Positions 26,551 to 40,977 are shown, numbered from the stretch's first letter. The stretch is 64,000 bases of DNA from Octopus vulgaris (GCA_951406725.2 OX597822.1:50592001-50656000), one strand, 5' to 3'. Notes: a model not told the origin generated them from the sequence alone. Numbers and translations are program-made.

Positions 26551-28636
26551 GGTCTCAATAAATTTACGTAATTCTGTGTATACACTCGTATACACAGAAT
26601 GTTTAATATGTGTACAATAAATAGTATTTAGAATAACAGCTTCTTATCAATTACAATAACAGCTTCGTATCAATACGTTCATACAAAAGAAATGAATGGC
26701 GTAATAGAGTAGGACTGATATATCCTTTCATCCATATAGTACAGCCTAAGTGAACTTATTGAAGGTGAATTACAGCTCGGAGATCTCAACAGTTGTTCTT
26801 CATTTTTGTATTCACTGCCTATTTATCTATCTTATGTTAATTAGAATTTTGGTCAAAATGTTTTGTAATAATGTTGTGCATGCTGTTTGAAAGGAGTGGT
26901 GTAATCTCTAGGTAGTTAAATATACTTTAAAATGCAAAATAAAATTAGTAAAAAAGTGATCATTTATTAATTACAATTAGACATATGATCAAATGAAAGA
27001 TAACAAGTGTTAAAGAGATATTTCAGAAGGAGAGAAAATTCGGAAAAGAGTTCCAAAGTTTCAATAAACCTACGAAGAAATAGAGATATGCCAGTATTAG
27101 GAAAAGAACCTTGAGATATATTGGGTCAACTCTGTTCATGATTTTGTAATATGATACTTGCATAGTGTAGGATAGTCAATATAATCCAGCTAATATAATT
27201 CTGCAACTTCAAATACCCACCTCCCACACGGAACCTCTATATCCCAGGAAAAAACTTTCACTGATCGGGATGCATCTTCTAGTGACCACAAGGTAATATT
27301 TTGTTTTTCAGTAGTAGAGTATACAAGCACGATTTATATATAAAAACGGTGATCTATACACAACTACAATATTTACAACTGCATTAAATGCTAGGTTTTT
27401 TTTTCCGACCTAGTTTTCTCTAATCGCAAATAATTAGTTTAGGTAAGACTGCAAATTTTACCTTTTTTTATCTTCCATTTTTATGGATATTCTTTAAAGC
27501 AGTACTGAAACCCACGATAGCGTATTTCTAGAATGTCCTACTAATTGTTACTATTGCTCCACACAAAATATACGTGACCGCATCCAGAGAATGATCACTT
27601 TATTGATTAGCATTGAACCACTCAGAGATATTATCCATCGTCTAGTCCACAGCTATGCTGAATAACCACTATTCCTATTATAATACTTTGTCTCTCCTGG
27701 AGCCAAATGTGCTACGCTCGGGATATCCTTATTCCAACACCTATCTCATGTACTGTGTCCAAATCTTCAGTACCTCTATTAAATACTTCCATTCTCCATA
27801 GAACGTGATTTCTTTGCCTTTTCGTGCCATATATTTTGGGGAGGGTTGATTAGTAACATTTGGTGCGTACTATTAAGGCAGCACTCTACCACCCACAGAG
27901 GGTTCGTCAAGTCATTTGCCACTAGCCATTGGTCATAACCAGTAAGTTGAAGAGCACAACCATCAGTCAACATGATTTAATGAATGTATATTTTTCAAGT
28001 GGAAGTATTTAATTTTCTAGGCAATTTTGCAATTACAATGGTAAATTTCTCGAAGAAGTCATCTCTGTGAAGCGTAAAATGTTACGTTCTGGTTAACATC
28101 GAAGGTTTAATGAAGCAAAAATGATTTTCAATTAACTGATATTATATCTGTAATAAGAAAAATGTTGGCAAGAACGGTATTTCAGAACAATAAACTGAAA
28201 GAATAAACTTCGAGTTTTTGTTTCAAAAATGTAAATTGAGGTATACAACACGACTTGTGTTTGCGTTTTGTTGCTATGAATACAACACCAGACACTGATC
28301 GATTTTATAACGAACGGAACTTGAAAATTCGAATGTAATTGTAATATTCTCCGGGCAGAGGTAAATTGTTCAAGTTCAGAATGATGTTTAGGGTAAACAA
28401 GTCTAGGAACATGATTTAAGATTTCATCTATCAACGAATAAATCACACACTTGTCTACCACAAAATTTCGCTTTAATTCATATTTTTGTATTTTTATCGG
28501 AGGATTAAGTCAATCATGGTTACATTAATGCCTTTATCAGCACAGAGTAGTTGCCCGGGTAGACGGCAAATATAGAACTTTCAAACGTGCTTCTTTTTAC
28601 ACCTGTCTACGTCTTTCCTTTTCTATAATTTGAACA

Positions 28637-28704
<68 letters not shown>

Positions 28705-29724
28705 GGGAGAAGAACCACTACAGTTGTTTCAGACTTGTTTTCTATTCATGAACAAATCAATTGCCTTGCGTAAGACAAGCTTTCTCTGCAGGTGAATTAT
28801 AAAAACGAATTTTAGGAAGTAGGCTTTTTTACACAAATAGTGTACAATGCAAGGTGACTCTCATTTCAGAGCTTATAGAGAAAATAAAGAGGCAATTGAT
28901 AAATTATTATTCATTAATTAAGACACTGACTTCCAGAAAATTAACTAATTTAATTAAAAGTTACTTGAAAGTCTAACCTCTTCAGAGGTGGCTTAAGATA
29001 TACAAAATAGGTGTTCAATTCCAGCATGCTGAGTAAACGGCTGCAAACCGTTAACTGATAAAATTTATATATAAAGAGCATAATATAAAACATGGTATAA
29101 GAGATAGGGGAGTAAGGTTGTGTATACTGGGGTTGTAAAGTAAGGATATAACAATATTTTCATCTCAAATGTTACGTATAAGAAAAACTCAAGTAGATAT
29201 AATTGATAAAAATGTCATATTGTGATATTTTGTCAAACCATATTAAATCAATAGAAAATTAGTATGTAGAGTTTAATTCAAGTGTCTATAGTTATTATTA
29301 ATATTTAATTAGGATGGATGACATTCCAGGCAATATATTACTTACTATAAATAACGAAAAGGTTAAAATACTTATAGGAATATTAACTTAATGTTAGGGT
29401 ACATAAAAATTATCAGATAAAAACAAGAAAAACGTAAAACGAATAAAATAAAATAGAGTAAAAATAGCCAGAGAAAAATAAATAAATGAATAAAGACTTA
29501 TAAAATATTATCTTTCACCCTTAAAAGAACTTTATTATTAAGCTAAACTAATTAAGATAAGGTACTATTGGACAAAAATTAAATTAAGGCTTTCAGATAT
29601 GCAGCGTTCGCTTGGTGATATACCGGATGTAAATATGTTAAAAGGCTCCGGTAAAACGATATAGAATTTGACAAAAATAAAATAAATAAATAAGAATGAA
29701 AAGGAATTTGAGCAATCCATATAC

Positions 29725-30060
29725 CTAGCGCCCAAACGAATCTGCCAATGCATCTAGGTATATATCTCTTCTCCTTTATCAGCTACAAAATCAAGTATGA
29801 TTCTTCATCGCAACTCACAATGTTCTTCCATCTCTTCTCGATTGTACACATACATTTTGGTATGTTGGCCCAAATAAGTTTGCTAAGTCTTCTTCCAATG
29901 CCCTAGGAGGTTTTGCAGTCCCTTGGACCACACTCGAAAAGAACATTGATCAAACTTTCTGAAAACCATGAGATATCTCCAGACAAGCAGAACTTCAGCT
30001 TCCGCAATTTTGCGATCATTTATTATTCTTCATTCTCGAATTACCTTAATTTCGATATAC
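29725..30060 (-). other. Exon-like block, copy 2 (336 nt), no intact frame
   Basis: Flanked by TTATTGTGCTTGCAG| and AG|GTATAT; paralog of 25856-26164. Confidence 0.5.
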
Positions 30061-30674
30061 CTGCAAGCACAATAAAAGAAATAATAAGGGCTTAAATATG
30101 GGTCACTTCAAGAAATTAAATCAAAACTTATCAATAAAATTATTTAAATAGTTAAATATAAACCCTCAAAACTCAAAGGTATTCATATAGATGTGAAGAA
30201 TAGCTGGGAATAATTTAAATTAGATACATACCAAAACGAAACCGGATTGAAATAAATGTTATTTACAATGAGTCATAAAAAAAGCGAAAGGTTTGCTTCA
30301 TATTGTATAATTAATTCAATTTAGAGGTGATGGATTAATGAAAACTAGTAATAGTCTAAATTAGGGACATACACAGAATGAGACTCGGTGAATGTAAACA
30401 TTCATATAAGTAGATAAACAACACAAAACATATTGTACATGAGATAGCAGTACGTTTAAAGAGAGAGGGGGGGGCTACAGAAGCTTGCTTGATAAGAGAT
30501 AGGTAAAAAGTACACTGTAATTATAGTATGTATATATAGGTGGAGATAGGACCAAATATGAAAATCAATAGAAAGGAAATAGTTAAAGGGAGGTAATAAA
30601 TAAATTAATATATAGCAAAACGAATAAGTAAAATGGGCCAGATAGAAAATGTGCAGATTATAGGCTTAAAAAGG

Positions 30675-30908
30675 TGTGCTAGGCATACTAAATAATAAGA
30701 TAAGTGGATTAATAGATAAAAATATTAAAACATTGGACCAAGAATAGGAAGGAAAATAAAGTAAAATATTTAATTAATTAAAGAGTGAACATGTGCTAGG
30801 CATACTAAATAATAAGATAAGTGGATTAATACATAAAAATATTAAAACATTGGACCAAGAATAGGAAGAAAAATATAGTAAAATATTTAATTAATTAAAG
30901 AGTGAACA
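30675..30908 (+). repeat. Tandem duplication, 2 x 117 bp
   Basis: TGTGCTAGGCATAC...AAAGAGTGAACA occurs twice with few mismatches. Confidence 0.95.
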
Positions 30909-30949
30909 ATGTTTAGTTTATTAGTAGGTAAGCACAAAAAAACTGTAAT

Positions 30950-31219
30950 TATAGTATATCGGTCTCTCTTGCCGAACGACCACTAAGTGACGGGGACGTA
31001 AACACACCAGCATCGGTTTTCAAGCGATGTTGGGGATCAAACACACACACTAACACATACATATATATATATATACGACGGGCTTCTTTCAGTTTCCGTC
31101 TATCAAGTCCACTCACAAGGCTTTGGGGTCGGCCCGAGGCTATAGCAGAAGACACTTGCCCGATGTGCCTCGCAGTGGAACTGAACTCGGAACCATGTGG
31201 TTGGTAAGCAAGCTACTTT
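30950..31219 (-). mobile_element. tRNA-derived SINE, partial (family of 34378-34826)
   Basis: Reverse complement aligns to 34405-34720. Confidence 0.9.
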
Positions 31220-32878
31220 ATTTCATTTCGTATGTCATTGGTATACAGAGGGAGTTGCTTGCTGGACAAAATAAAAATATTAATGAGATGAGTGATGAAA
31301 AAGATGGTATAAATGGGAGAAGGCAAAAGACGCCCGCCGATCTTCTGCTTCTCTAAAACGTAGTTCTTTTTTTTTCCAAAACCAAATACAAAACGCGGTG
31401 TTAATCCTCTTACCTCAGTTCTGCAATCACCGGTCTTAATAGTCCATTACAAATTGAGGCACTCGGCCTTTTATAAACAATAAACATTTAGACACTAAAG
31501 CCTCTCTAATAGGTAAGGATATGAAAATAAGAAAACAAAATAATAAGAATATATAGAAAATAATAAGAAATATATATAATCTACATTTAAAGTGACAGGG
31601 TATTAGACTTTGAGGTAGGGAAGAGTAAAGTTAACACGAAAAGAAGTTACCCATTAATCTCTTATCCCTTATAAGATGTTACTGTTCTTAAATAAAGATT
31701 TTGCAACTACTTGGGTCTATGCGCGCTGGTTATATTATATCCATATAAACGTATAAATATTTATATATGTGTATATATATGCATATATGTGCATAACCTA
31801 CTAACCTCTTATCCCTTATCTTTCTTGTTCGTAAATAGATACTTTCTTTCTTGTTCTTGATTGTGAATAGAGTGTGTATCTGTACACATCTTTATTTTTT
31901 ATGATTCTTGGTTTATGATTAATATATAAATAGCATGTTTATCGTTCCAGTATTCCATAAGTAAATGCCCTGAACAGTCATTATAGAAAGCATGAAGTAA
32001 GTAATGAATTAAATACATCAATGAATATTAAACTGATTCTATGTACCCTTTCCTTTATAATGTTGATAACTCAAATATTCACACATTTTCCCTATTTTGA
32101 TTATGATATCATTTTAGATCGTCTTAAATTTTACTTTTCTACAGCATTACAATATTGTTTATAAACAATCACCCTGAGTACCCCAAGATAAAATGTCCTC
32201 TGTATTAAGATCCTAGGTTTTATTAGCATCTTGCTCCTTTAGTTAGTAATTGACATCATGATTTAGAGTCTTCCCCTACCCAGCCTCCTTTTATAGACAG
32301 ACACTCTATATCTAATTTACTACTCCTGTCTTCCTCCTTCCTGAGTAAAACGGATACCTATGACAATATGTATGACCATAGCTAGCCATGAGCTGTCAAA
32401 TCACCCTTGCCCTTCATGCTAAACACATACAGTCCTCTAGTCTTAGATTTAGTAGTTGATTAAAAGACAAATAAATTAGACATGAACCACAATCATTTAC
32501 AAGGTATGACCCCAGTGGACTTTATGCTATTCTTGGAAGTCTGTTCTTAGCTACAATAGCGACAACACGTATTTGAGAAAGATTATACTATTGTGTCTAA
32601 GTGGTTAAGATTCTATTTATTTGTGCTGCTGATGATAGCACTACATTTCAATTGATGTAATGGTTGCATTGTTCATTTAAATGGAGCCTCTTGAAACGGT
32701 CGTACAGAATCACTTCGTGATATGCTGTTACTTATTTATATGGATTTTATTCACCTTCGAGCTGTGCGGATAATATCTGACTGACTTGGAGTCAGTCTGG
32801 TATTATCAACTGAATCTCAATTATACATATGTGTATGTGTGTATGTGTGCGTGTGTATTTGTGTGTGTGTGTGTGTGT

Positions 32879-33719
32879 TATAATTTAGAACAAACAGTAA
32901 AAGTTTGTCATTATAGTACACGGAGTTTCGAATTTCGAAGCGAAGGCCTACATTACATTTTTGTCGGCTATTTATGGCAACAGACGCTAAGACAATCTGT
33001 TAAATAAAAGGGAAGTGACTTTAATACGTAGAAAAAGAAAAAAGAAAGAAGATAAAATTAATTAAACATTTTACTTTATTTTTCTTCCTATTCTTGGTCC
33101 AATGTTTTAATATTTTTATCGATACATGCGACCATATTCTCACAATATAGAAACATAACCTCCTGAGTTCACAACGTCTGCATATATATATATACTCTCA
33201 CACAAACTCACGTTAGTGGCATGTGCAGTCTTTTTAATATGGAAAAATAGCTCATTTGGAAAAGTTCATTGGACTTCGCTACATGCCTAAATTCAAGAAC
33301 TGAATATTTTGGGAGATGCTCACAATTCACAAAATACCTCTTATGGTTTTAGACTTAACCAGATCACGGCTGGAAGTCACATTTTTACGATATTCCTGTA
33401 CAAGCTTTCCGATATGTTCTAACTTCCATTTATTGTTAATTTTAACTTGTTATATATATATTTCAATTTTTCCTTTTCCTTTCTAATTGTGTGAATGTGC
33501 GCGTGGGTGTGCACATGAATATGTATATATATTTTATATGTATATGTGTGCGTGTGTATATATGTGAGACTTTCATGCACATGTCCTCTTCATTAATACG
33601 GATATGCATGTTTGGATATGTGCGGCTTTAGGGGTTCGATGGGAGGGTGTGTATATATATATATATATGTGTGTGTGTGTATGTATGTATGTATATGTGT
33701 ATGCGAGAGTGTGAACGTA

Positions 33720-33756
<37 letters not shown>

Positions 33757-34178
33757 GTCTAAATCTATATGTATTGTGTTACGTGTATGCATGTAAACAC
33801 CTATGTGTATATGAAAACGAGGTTGCGTACACATGCACATATATGTAAATGTGTGCGTGGATAAGTGTGTATGTATGATTATGTAATACATATATATGCT
33901 TGTGATTGTGTATGTGCATGCACATATACATGTTGTGTGAGTGTGTACGTATGTAAATAGTGTGATCGCAGGAGCTTTATTTCTATGTATTGTGAGAATA
34001 TGGTTGCGTCTGTTATTTTCTTTTACTACCTATTAGAATAACTTCCCTTTTATTCAACGGTTTTTCATAGCCTCCATTGCTGTTAATAGCCGACGAGAAT
34101 ATATCGTAACTCTTTGCTCCAACATTCAAAACTCCGAGTATAATAGTAACAATCTATCAATGTTTGTTATAAATTATA
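32879..34178. repeat. Diverged inverted pair of a ~220-bp repeat
   Basis: 32879-33172 matches the reverse complement of 33962-34178 (GTCGGCTATT, AATAAAAGGGAAGT, ACCATATTCTCACAATA); the left copy carries an extra insert. Confidence 0.8.
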
Positions 34179-34226
34179 ACACACACACATATGCACAGAC
34201 ACACACACACACATGCACACACATAT

Positions 34227-34264
<38 letters not shown>

Positions 34265-34377
34265 GCATATATATGTATATATATATATATATGTGTGTAC
34301 GTATCTATACATGTTTGTGCATGCATGCATATATGTGCATTCGCGTATATATGAAACATTAACAGAATATGATGAAT

Positions 34378-34564
34378 AGGCGCAGGAGTGGCTGTGTAGT
34401 AAGTAGCTTACTTACCAACCACATGATTACAGGTTCAGTCCCGCTGCATGACACCTTGGGTAGGTATCTCCTACCGTGGCCTCGGGCCGACCAAGACCTT
34501 GTGAGTGGATTTGGTAGACGGAAACTGAAAGAAGCCCCTCGTATATATGTATACGTATATATAT

Positions 34565-34620
<56 letters not shown>

Positions 34621-34826
34621 ATTTCTGCATCTGTGTTTGTCCTCCCAATATCACACTGAAAACAGATGCTGGTGAGTTTACGTCTCCGTCACTTAGCAGT
34701 TCGCCAAAAGAGACAAATAGAATAAGTACGAGGCTTACAAGGAAATAAGTCCTGGGGTCTATCTGCTCCACTAAAGCCGGTGCTCCAGCATGGCCGCAAT
34801 CAAATGACTGAAACAAGTAAAAGAGT
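34378..34826 (+). mobile_element. Near full-length tRNA-derived SINE with internal TA/TG microsatellite
   Basis: A-box-like TGGCTGTGTAGT, B-box-like GGTTCAGTCCC, GACACCTTGGG; ends ACTGAAACAAGTAAAAGAGT. Confidence 0.9.
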
Positions 34827-35606
34827 AATATAGCTATAACAGAAAATCAGTAGTTTATGCAAAATGAAGGAAGATAGAAACGAAATATTTTAATAACGTA
34901 TGGAGCACAAAACAAAATATAATGGTATTTTTAATCTTTTATCCAGTATGCGATGCCATCTTCTCTGCTGTAATATACAATTACTCAAATGCATACACAC
35001 AGATATATACATATAGGGACACATGGACTATCTGCAAACTGTGGGTTAAAAGACGAAATTTGCTAATGCTTCCCTTTTCAATCTAAAAAAAAACATGTAA
35101 TATATGTTTTCGATAAAAACTATAGATTGTCTGTTGATGTAGAGTATTGAAATACAACTTAAGTGGTATTAATAACCATCATTAAAATAGATATTGTAAG
35201 ATATATTTTAGTGTTTGTTTGAAAATATTTTTAGAATGTATTTGAATTTCGTTTTAGTTTGAATATAAAACATAGTTGATTGAGAATTAAACTGAAAAAT
35301 ATGAAAGAAAAACGCTCATGATAAACAAAAAGATGGGAAAAGGAAACAAAATGAAGAACAAATATAAAATAAAAGGAAGTAATGGGAAATGATAAAAGGA
35401 GGAACGAAGACAAGGAAATAATAAAATGGAAAGAGCAAGCCGACTAAATGGGTGCAGATAGACTGAGAGAGAAGAGTGAAACGGAAACGAGATGTAAGTG
35501 GGTTTCAGGAAAATCCTCGAAATCTGAGTTTTGAAGAGGTTAAGAAAAACGATGAGAAATATAAGAAGCAGTCAGGGAAAGCAATTAAATGAACTAAGTT
35601 ATATTT

Positions 35607-35607
35607 T

Positions 35608-35645
<38 letters not shown>

Positions 35646-35723
35646 AATAATGATAATAAAGATAATAATAATAAAGATAATAATAATAATAATAATAATA
35701 ACAATAACAGCAACAACAACAAC

Positions 35724-35789
<66 letters not shown>

Positions 35790-35842
35790 GATAATAATAA
35801 TAATAATAATAACAATAACAGCAACAACAACAATAATAATAA

Positions 35843-35916
<74 letters not shown>
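35607..35916. repeat. (TAA)n/(CAA)n array with higher-order periodicity
   Basis: The block AAAGATAATA...ACAATAACAGCAACAACAAC recurs about 110 bp apart. Confidence 0.95.
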
Positions 35917-35918
<2 letters not shown>

Positions 35919-37034
35919 TACTATAAAATAACCACCATAGGACGGCAAAAATATCTACTTCAGAAGGAAGGAAAACTTATACAAATAGCGGCAAAACACG
36001 AGCAAAACAAAAAACTGTTCTCAGTATTTAAGGAAGCTGACCAAATACAAACAAGATATCATACCACCTAACAAATATGAAGAAGAAGAAGAAGATGAAG
36101 AAACAACAAAAGCTATAAAACAAATGAAATCCAAACTAAAACTAGAACAGCAAAGAACCATGATAAAACGATGACAAGAAAGCCCCTTCATGATAAATAC
36201 TGGACTAAACTAAACGCAAAAGAAATAGACAAAGAAAAATCCCAGCAATGGTTGTGAAGCTCAGGGCTCAAAGCGGAGACAGAGGGATTTTTAATTGCAG
36301 CACAAGACCAAAGCCTCCCCACCAGAAATTACCAAAACCATGTAATGAAAAGAAATATAACAAGTAACTGCAGAATATGTGGAGATGGACAAGAAACAAT
36401 AACTCATATTATCTCTGGCTGCCCAGTCCTGGCTAAGAAGGAATATATTCACAGACATGACAGAGTTGGAACCTACATACACTGGAAGATATGCCAATAT
36501 TATGGAATAACAACAGAACAAAGATGGTATAGGCACACACCATAAGAGGTCACAGAAAACGAGAAAGAAACCATACTCTGGGATATGCCAATATACACAG
36601 ATAGAGAAATTAAGGCCAACAGACCAGATATAGTTGTCAGAGATCACGAGGAAAAAAATGCTTTCTAATTGATGTATCAATACCGGCAGATGACAATGTG
36701 TCTCTAAAAGAAATGGAGAAACTTTCAAAATACAAAGACCTGGATATAGATGTAACCAGAATGTGAAATCTAAAAACAGAATCAATCCCTATCATAGTAG
36801 GTGCATTAGGCATGATAAAAAAATATTCAGATATATACATAACAAAAACACCAAGACTTACAAACACATATAACATACAGAAAATTGCACTACTAGGCAC
36901 TGTACACATCCTACGCAGAACACTTTCCATACAATAACCATCAGAGCATCACATCAAATCACAGCACATACCTAAGGCACACTGAGCTGCGCTCGGTAGT
37001 GAAATGAAAGCACGCTATAAACATAAAACTACTG

Positions 37035-37035
<1 letters not shown>
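35917..37035 (+). mobile_element. R4/Dong-clade LINE 3' end (zinc knuckle, restriction-like endonuclease, 3' UTR)
   Basis: LKAETEGFLIAAQDQSL...CRICGDGQETITHIISGCPVLAKKEYIHRHD...ILWDMPIYTDREIKANRPDIV / CFLIDVSIP..NVSLKEMEKLSKYKDL...IVGALG...QKIALLGTVHILRRTL*; followed by (TAA)n; few disablements. Confidence 0.95.
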
Positions 37036-37107
<72 letters not shown>

Positions 37108-37112
37108 TAACA

Positions 37113-38914
37113 ATATTTCCCTCCCGGCACGTCCGAAACCGCCCGCATCAGTAGCAGTAATCTGGTCTCGGACGATCGTTATGCCACAACAGATCACATA
37201 CACGGTGTGCGCAAAAAAAAATAATAAATGGATGAAGGAAGAGTGTTATACACTTATTATATATCATGGAAGTGCAAACCTGGTAAGAAGTCGTGGAGTA
37301 GACCGCTGTACCATGTCATTTTGGATGGAAAAAGATATTTGATGAATGTCAGAAAATAAATTAATGAACCAAAGAGAGTAATTAGGAGGAAGGGTTACTT
37401 AACTGGAGCAGAAATATCTCGGATAAATGAGAGTCTAAGAGACCCTGCAGATGTGCTACAAAGGATGGTCGGAGTTGAAAACAAAGTGGTAGGATTGAAA
37501 AGCAGAGAGAAGAATAGACAAGAGGAACACGAAAATTAAGATGGGGCTGTTAAGGTTAAAGAACAGGAAAATTACACAGTGAACTCTGATACTCTAGTGG
37601 ATGGACATGCAGGTGAAATCAACCAACTAGATAATGAATTGCTTGAAATTCAAGGACGACCCACCGCGTTGATGAATTCCCCAGAAGAAAAAATCCCCAT
37701 GAATAGATAGGAATATGATACATGAAATTACACAAAAGAAAAGTACTGTCATACCATACATCCATCCAGATGGAAGATGTAATACAAACAAGGAATCTTC
37801 GAGTTATTGCGCTACTTGTTGAGGGGAAATTACAACTTAAGAGAAAAAAAATGGTGGAGAAAAAGAACCGTGGACGAAATGACGCATTGAAAGGGACATA
37901 ATGCGGGCAAGGCAAGATCTAGGAAAAATTGAGCAATGGTTAAGGGGAAACTGTAAAAATGTGAAAAAGAGCGATCGAAAAAAATCAGAGAGCTGAGTGG
38001 GGATGCAAGATTCCATCGTTCGAATATATAAGGTCACAGGCCGTGTTGTATAGCCAGCTAGAAACGATGTCTCCTGGGGCTAAATTACAGCAACATTCGT
38101 CCTAAACAAGGACTGATATGTCATCAATCTTTACTCCAAAGTACTGTTGATAAATATCTCTCGTTCTGAGATTTACAAATAGTAATTTCCTAAGAAATAT
38201 AATATACGGAAATACGGGTTTGATGCAGTAATGGAGCAGTTAAAACAGAGGATTATGGCAAAAATCCAGAGGATCAGAAGATCTGTGAACAGAAACAAAC
38301 AGTTTGAGGAGAGCAGATTGTTCAAAAATAACCCTAAGCAATTGTCCCGAAAGTTAGAAGGAAACAACGGGGGAAATGTTGCTCTCGACGCAAATCTAGA
38401 CAATGTGTTCTGGAGCGGATTACGGGGAAACAATATGGTGCATAAAAAGGGATGCAATGTAGAAAGGAGACATCAAGACAGAATTACAAGGAGGAAAGAA
38501 ACAAAGGAATGTTGTCATAAGCACGGGTGATGTGAAAGAACAAGTTGGTAAATTGCCTAACTGGACAGTCCGCGGAGCAGAAGGGATTCATGGCTTGTGG
38601 CTGATTAGATGCCCCGCAATGCATGAAAGACTAGCGGCCCAGTTGAATGAGGCCCATCCTTGGACAACTTCTGTCTATGGATGACCTGAAATTGCTTGGA
38701 AAATCTGGAAACAGATAGATTCCTTAACCAAGACAGACCAGAATTGTGGTAGAGATAATGGTATTGAATTCGGGATTACCAAATGCTCAGTACTTAATAT
38801 GAAATGAGGGAAGAAAACAGCCTGCAGAGGTTTGCGGTTACCATCAGGAGAGACCATGAGGGAACCCGACGTTTGTGGGTAAAATTATTTAGGGATTTTG
38901 AAGCAGGATGACAT
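37113..38914 (+). mobile_element. R4/Dong 5' region to RT, decayed and internally deleted
   Basis: KWMKEEC...MSENKLMNQ..IRRKGYLT; EPW; EQLKQRIMAKIQRIRR..RNKQFEESRLFKNNPKQ; KLPNWT..G.EGIHGLW; LL.MDDLKLLG; GIEFGITKC. Confidence 0.85.
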
Positions 38915-39050
38915 CAGTGGTGCAGAGAGCAGAGGCTGATATGCATGTTCGACTGCTGGCCTTCCACAAACAACCTTGCCCGGATTTGTGCTTGGGAGGG
39001 TAACATTCTAGGTGCAATTCCATGGTCATTCATGACGGAAGGAGGTCTCC
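38915..39050 (+). mobile_element. Unclassified short repeat fragment between Dong copies
   Basis: GC-richer non-Dong segment ending CATGACGGAAGGAGGTCTC just before (TAA)n. Confidence 0.4.
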
Positions 39051-39052
39051 TC

Positions 39053-39091
<39 letters not shown>

Positions 39092-39190
39092 GACAACAAC
39101 AATAATAATAATAATGATAATGATGATGATGAAAAGGAGGAGAAGGAGAAGGATGATGATGATAATGATAAGAAGAAGAAGAAAAAGAAG

Positions 39191-40859
39191 AATTAGTATT
39201 GTTATTTTTGAGGCATTGAAAAAACATCCTATAAACATGTCTATGGCTTGGAGTGACTTTAAGAAGCCATATGATATGATGCTTTATTCTTGGATAGTTG
39301 AATGCCTACAGATGTTTGGTGTTGCTGACAGCATCGCAAATTTTATGATGCATAGCATAAAAGAATGAAAAAACAAATTGTACTCAAGTAATGTATTCCT
39401 TGGAGAGTTAATATTAAAAGGCGGATCTTCTCCAGGTGACTCGTTTTCTCCGTTAGTTTTTGTAGTTGCATTAATACTCATAAGAATGACACTTAGGAAT
39501 GTGAAGATCATTTACCGATGTGGGGAGAGAGCCCCATTGAACCATCTTCTGTTTGTGGATGATATAAAATTGTTTGGGAAATCTGAAAAGCAGATAGAAA
39601 TGAAAACCGAGGTCAGCAGAGGCGTATCAAAAAGGAAGATGTTGAAATCTAACTTGAATGACAAAAATTTGTTTACCGCAATGAATATCTGTGGTGGTCG
39701 GATATAATGTGTCCATCCTCAAATGGACTAATGAGGAAATATCAACACTGGATAGAAGGACGAGAAAATTGATGACGCTGCAGAGGGCACTACACCCTAA
39801 AGCAAACGGAAACAGACTGTATATAAAAAGAAAGAATCGGTGCAGAGGACTAATTAGTATAGGCCATTGTATAAGGAGTGAAAGGAGAACGGTTGCCGAG
39901 TATTTGATAAAGAGTGATGAAGACCTGCTGTAATGTGCCACGAAATGTATAAGTGAAGTTGCAGATGAAATGATGGTCAAGGAAGAGTTTAACCAACGAG
40001 CGGACGAGAAAAGATGACCTTCCTGAAATGAGAATGCATAGACAGTTTGAAAGGAATACACAGGACGTTAAGAATAACACAGCATCATGGGTATGGCTTG
40101 AGCGGGGTGATTTGAAGCGTGCCACCGAAAGCTTGATCATTGCTTCACAAGACTAAACTCTCGCTATCAATTCAGTGAAGTATAATATGTATAAAACGTC
40201 TGACATCCAGAAATGCAGACTCTGTGGAAAGAGTTTGGAAAATGTGACCCCCTTGGTAAGTGGATATGAGCGCCTTGCCCCAAAAGAATATAAACACCTC
40301 CACGATAAAATGAGCGTATATCTTCATTGGCTCTTATGACGTAAATACTACTATGAAGTAAGAGAGAACTGGTATGAGCATGTACCATGTAAAATTATGC
40401 AGGATGATGTAAACGTAACGATGCTCTGGGAATATGATTTTCAGACGGATCGTGTAATCGAACAGCATCGGCTGGATATTGTCATATCGAGTAAGAGAGA
40501 CACATACTGCCAGATCATTGATGTAACCATACCAAAAGACATGAATGTTGTGAGTAAAGAGTTTTAAAGACGCATTATGTACTCCAAACTGAAAGTGGAA
40601 ATGGCAAGACAGTATGGAATTCGAGAGCGTAATGTAAAATTGATACTGGTGGTGATCAGAGCATAGGGCTCAATTCCATTGAAAATTCAAGTCTTCTTAA
40701 GGCAATTGGAAATCCTATGCAAGATCGATATTTTGCAAAAAGCAGTCTTATTTCGTACAGCGCACATCTTAAGGAAAGTATTATCTGTCTGAGGTCCTGG
40801 TTATGATTTGATAGATGGCTAAGAACTCCGGTGCATTTTTACCTACACTGTGTTAAAAA

Positions 40860-40860
<1 letters not shown>
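39191..40860 (+). mobile_element. R4/Dong RT to endonuclease and 3' end, decayed
   Basis: MAWSDFKKPYDMM.YSWI; GDSFSPLVFV; NHLLFVDDIKLFG; LDRRTRKLMT...LHPKA...RLYIKR...RGLI; LKRATESLIIASQD; CRLC; LWEYDFQTD; IIDVTIP; LQKAVL..AHILRKVL*; (TAA)n tail 40861-41072. Confidence 0.92.
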
Positions 40861-40892
<32 letters not shown>

Positions 40893-40977
40893 GCAACAAC
40901 AACAACAACAATAATAATAACAATAACAATAATACTAATAATAGTAATAATAAAAATAATAATAATAATAATTATAA

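Noticed and set aside
27480-27850. Possible LINE APE-endonuclease remnant (WLQE motif), and weak LINE-like stretches at 22.8-23.2, 27.0 and 32.2-32.5 kb
   Set aside because: Too decayed to assign without a profile search.
28962-28992. Minus-strand CTGAAGAG hammerhead-like start
   Set aside because: No GAAA core or convincing stem II.
34378-34450. tRNA gene
   Set aside because: SINE head with A/B boxes but no complete cloverleaf.
35505-35948. Poly-Ile/Leu ORFs (and poly-Phe/Ser at 18.6 kb)
   Set aside because: Trinucleotide microsatellites.
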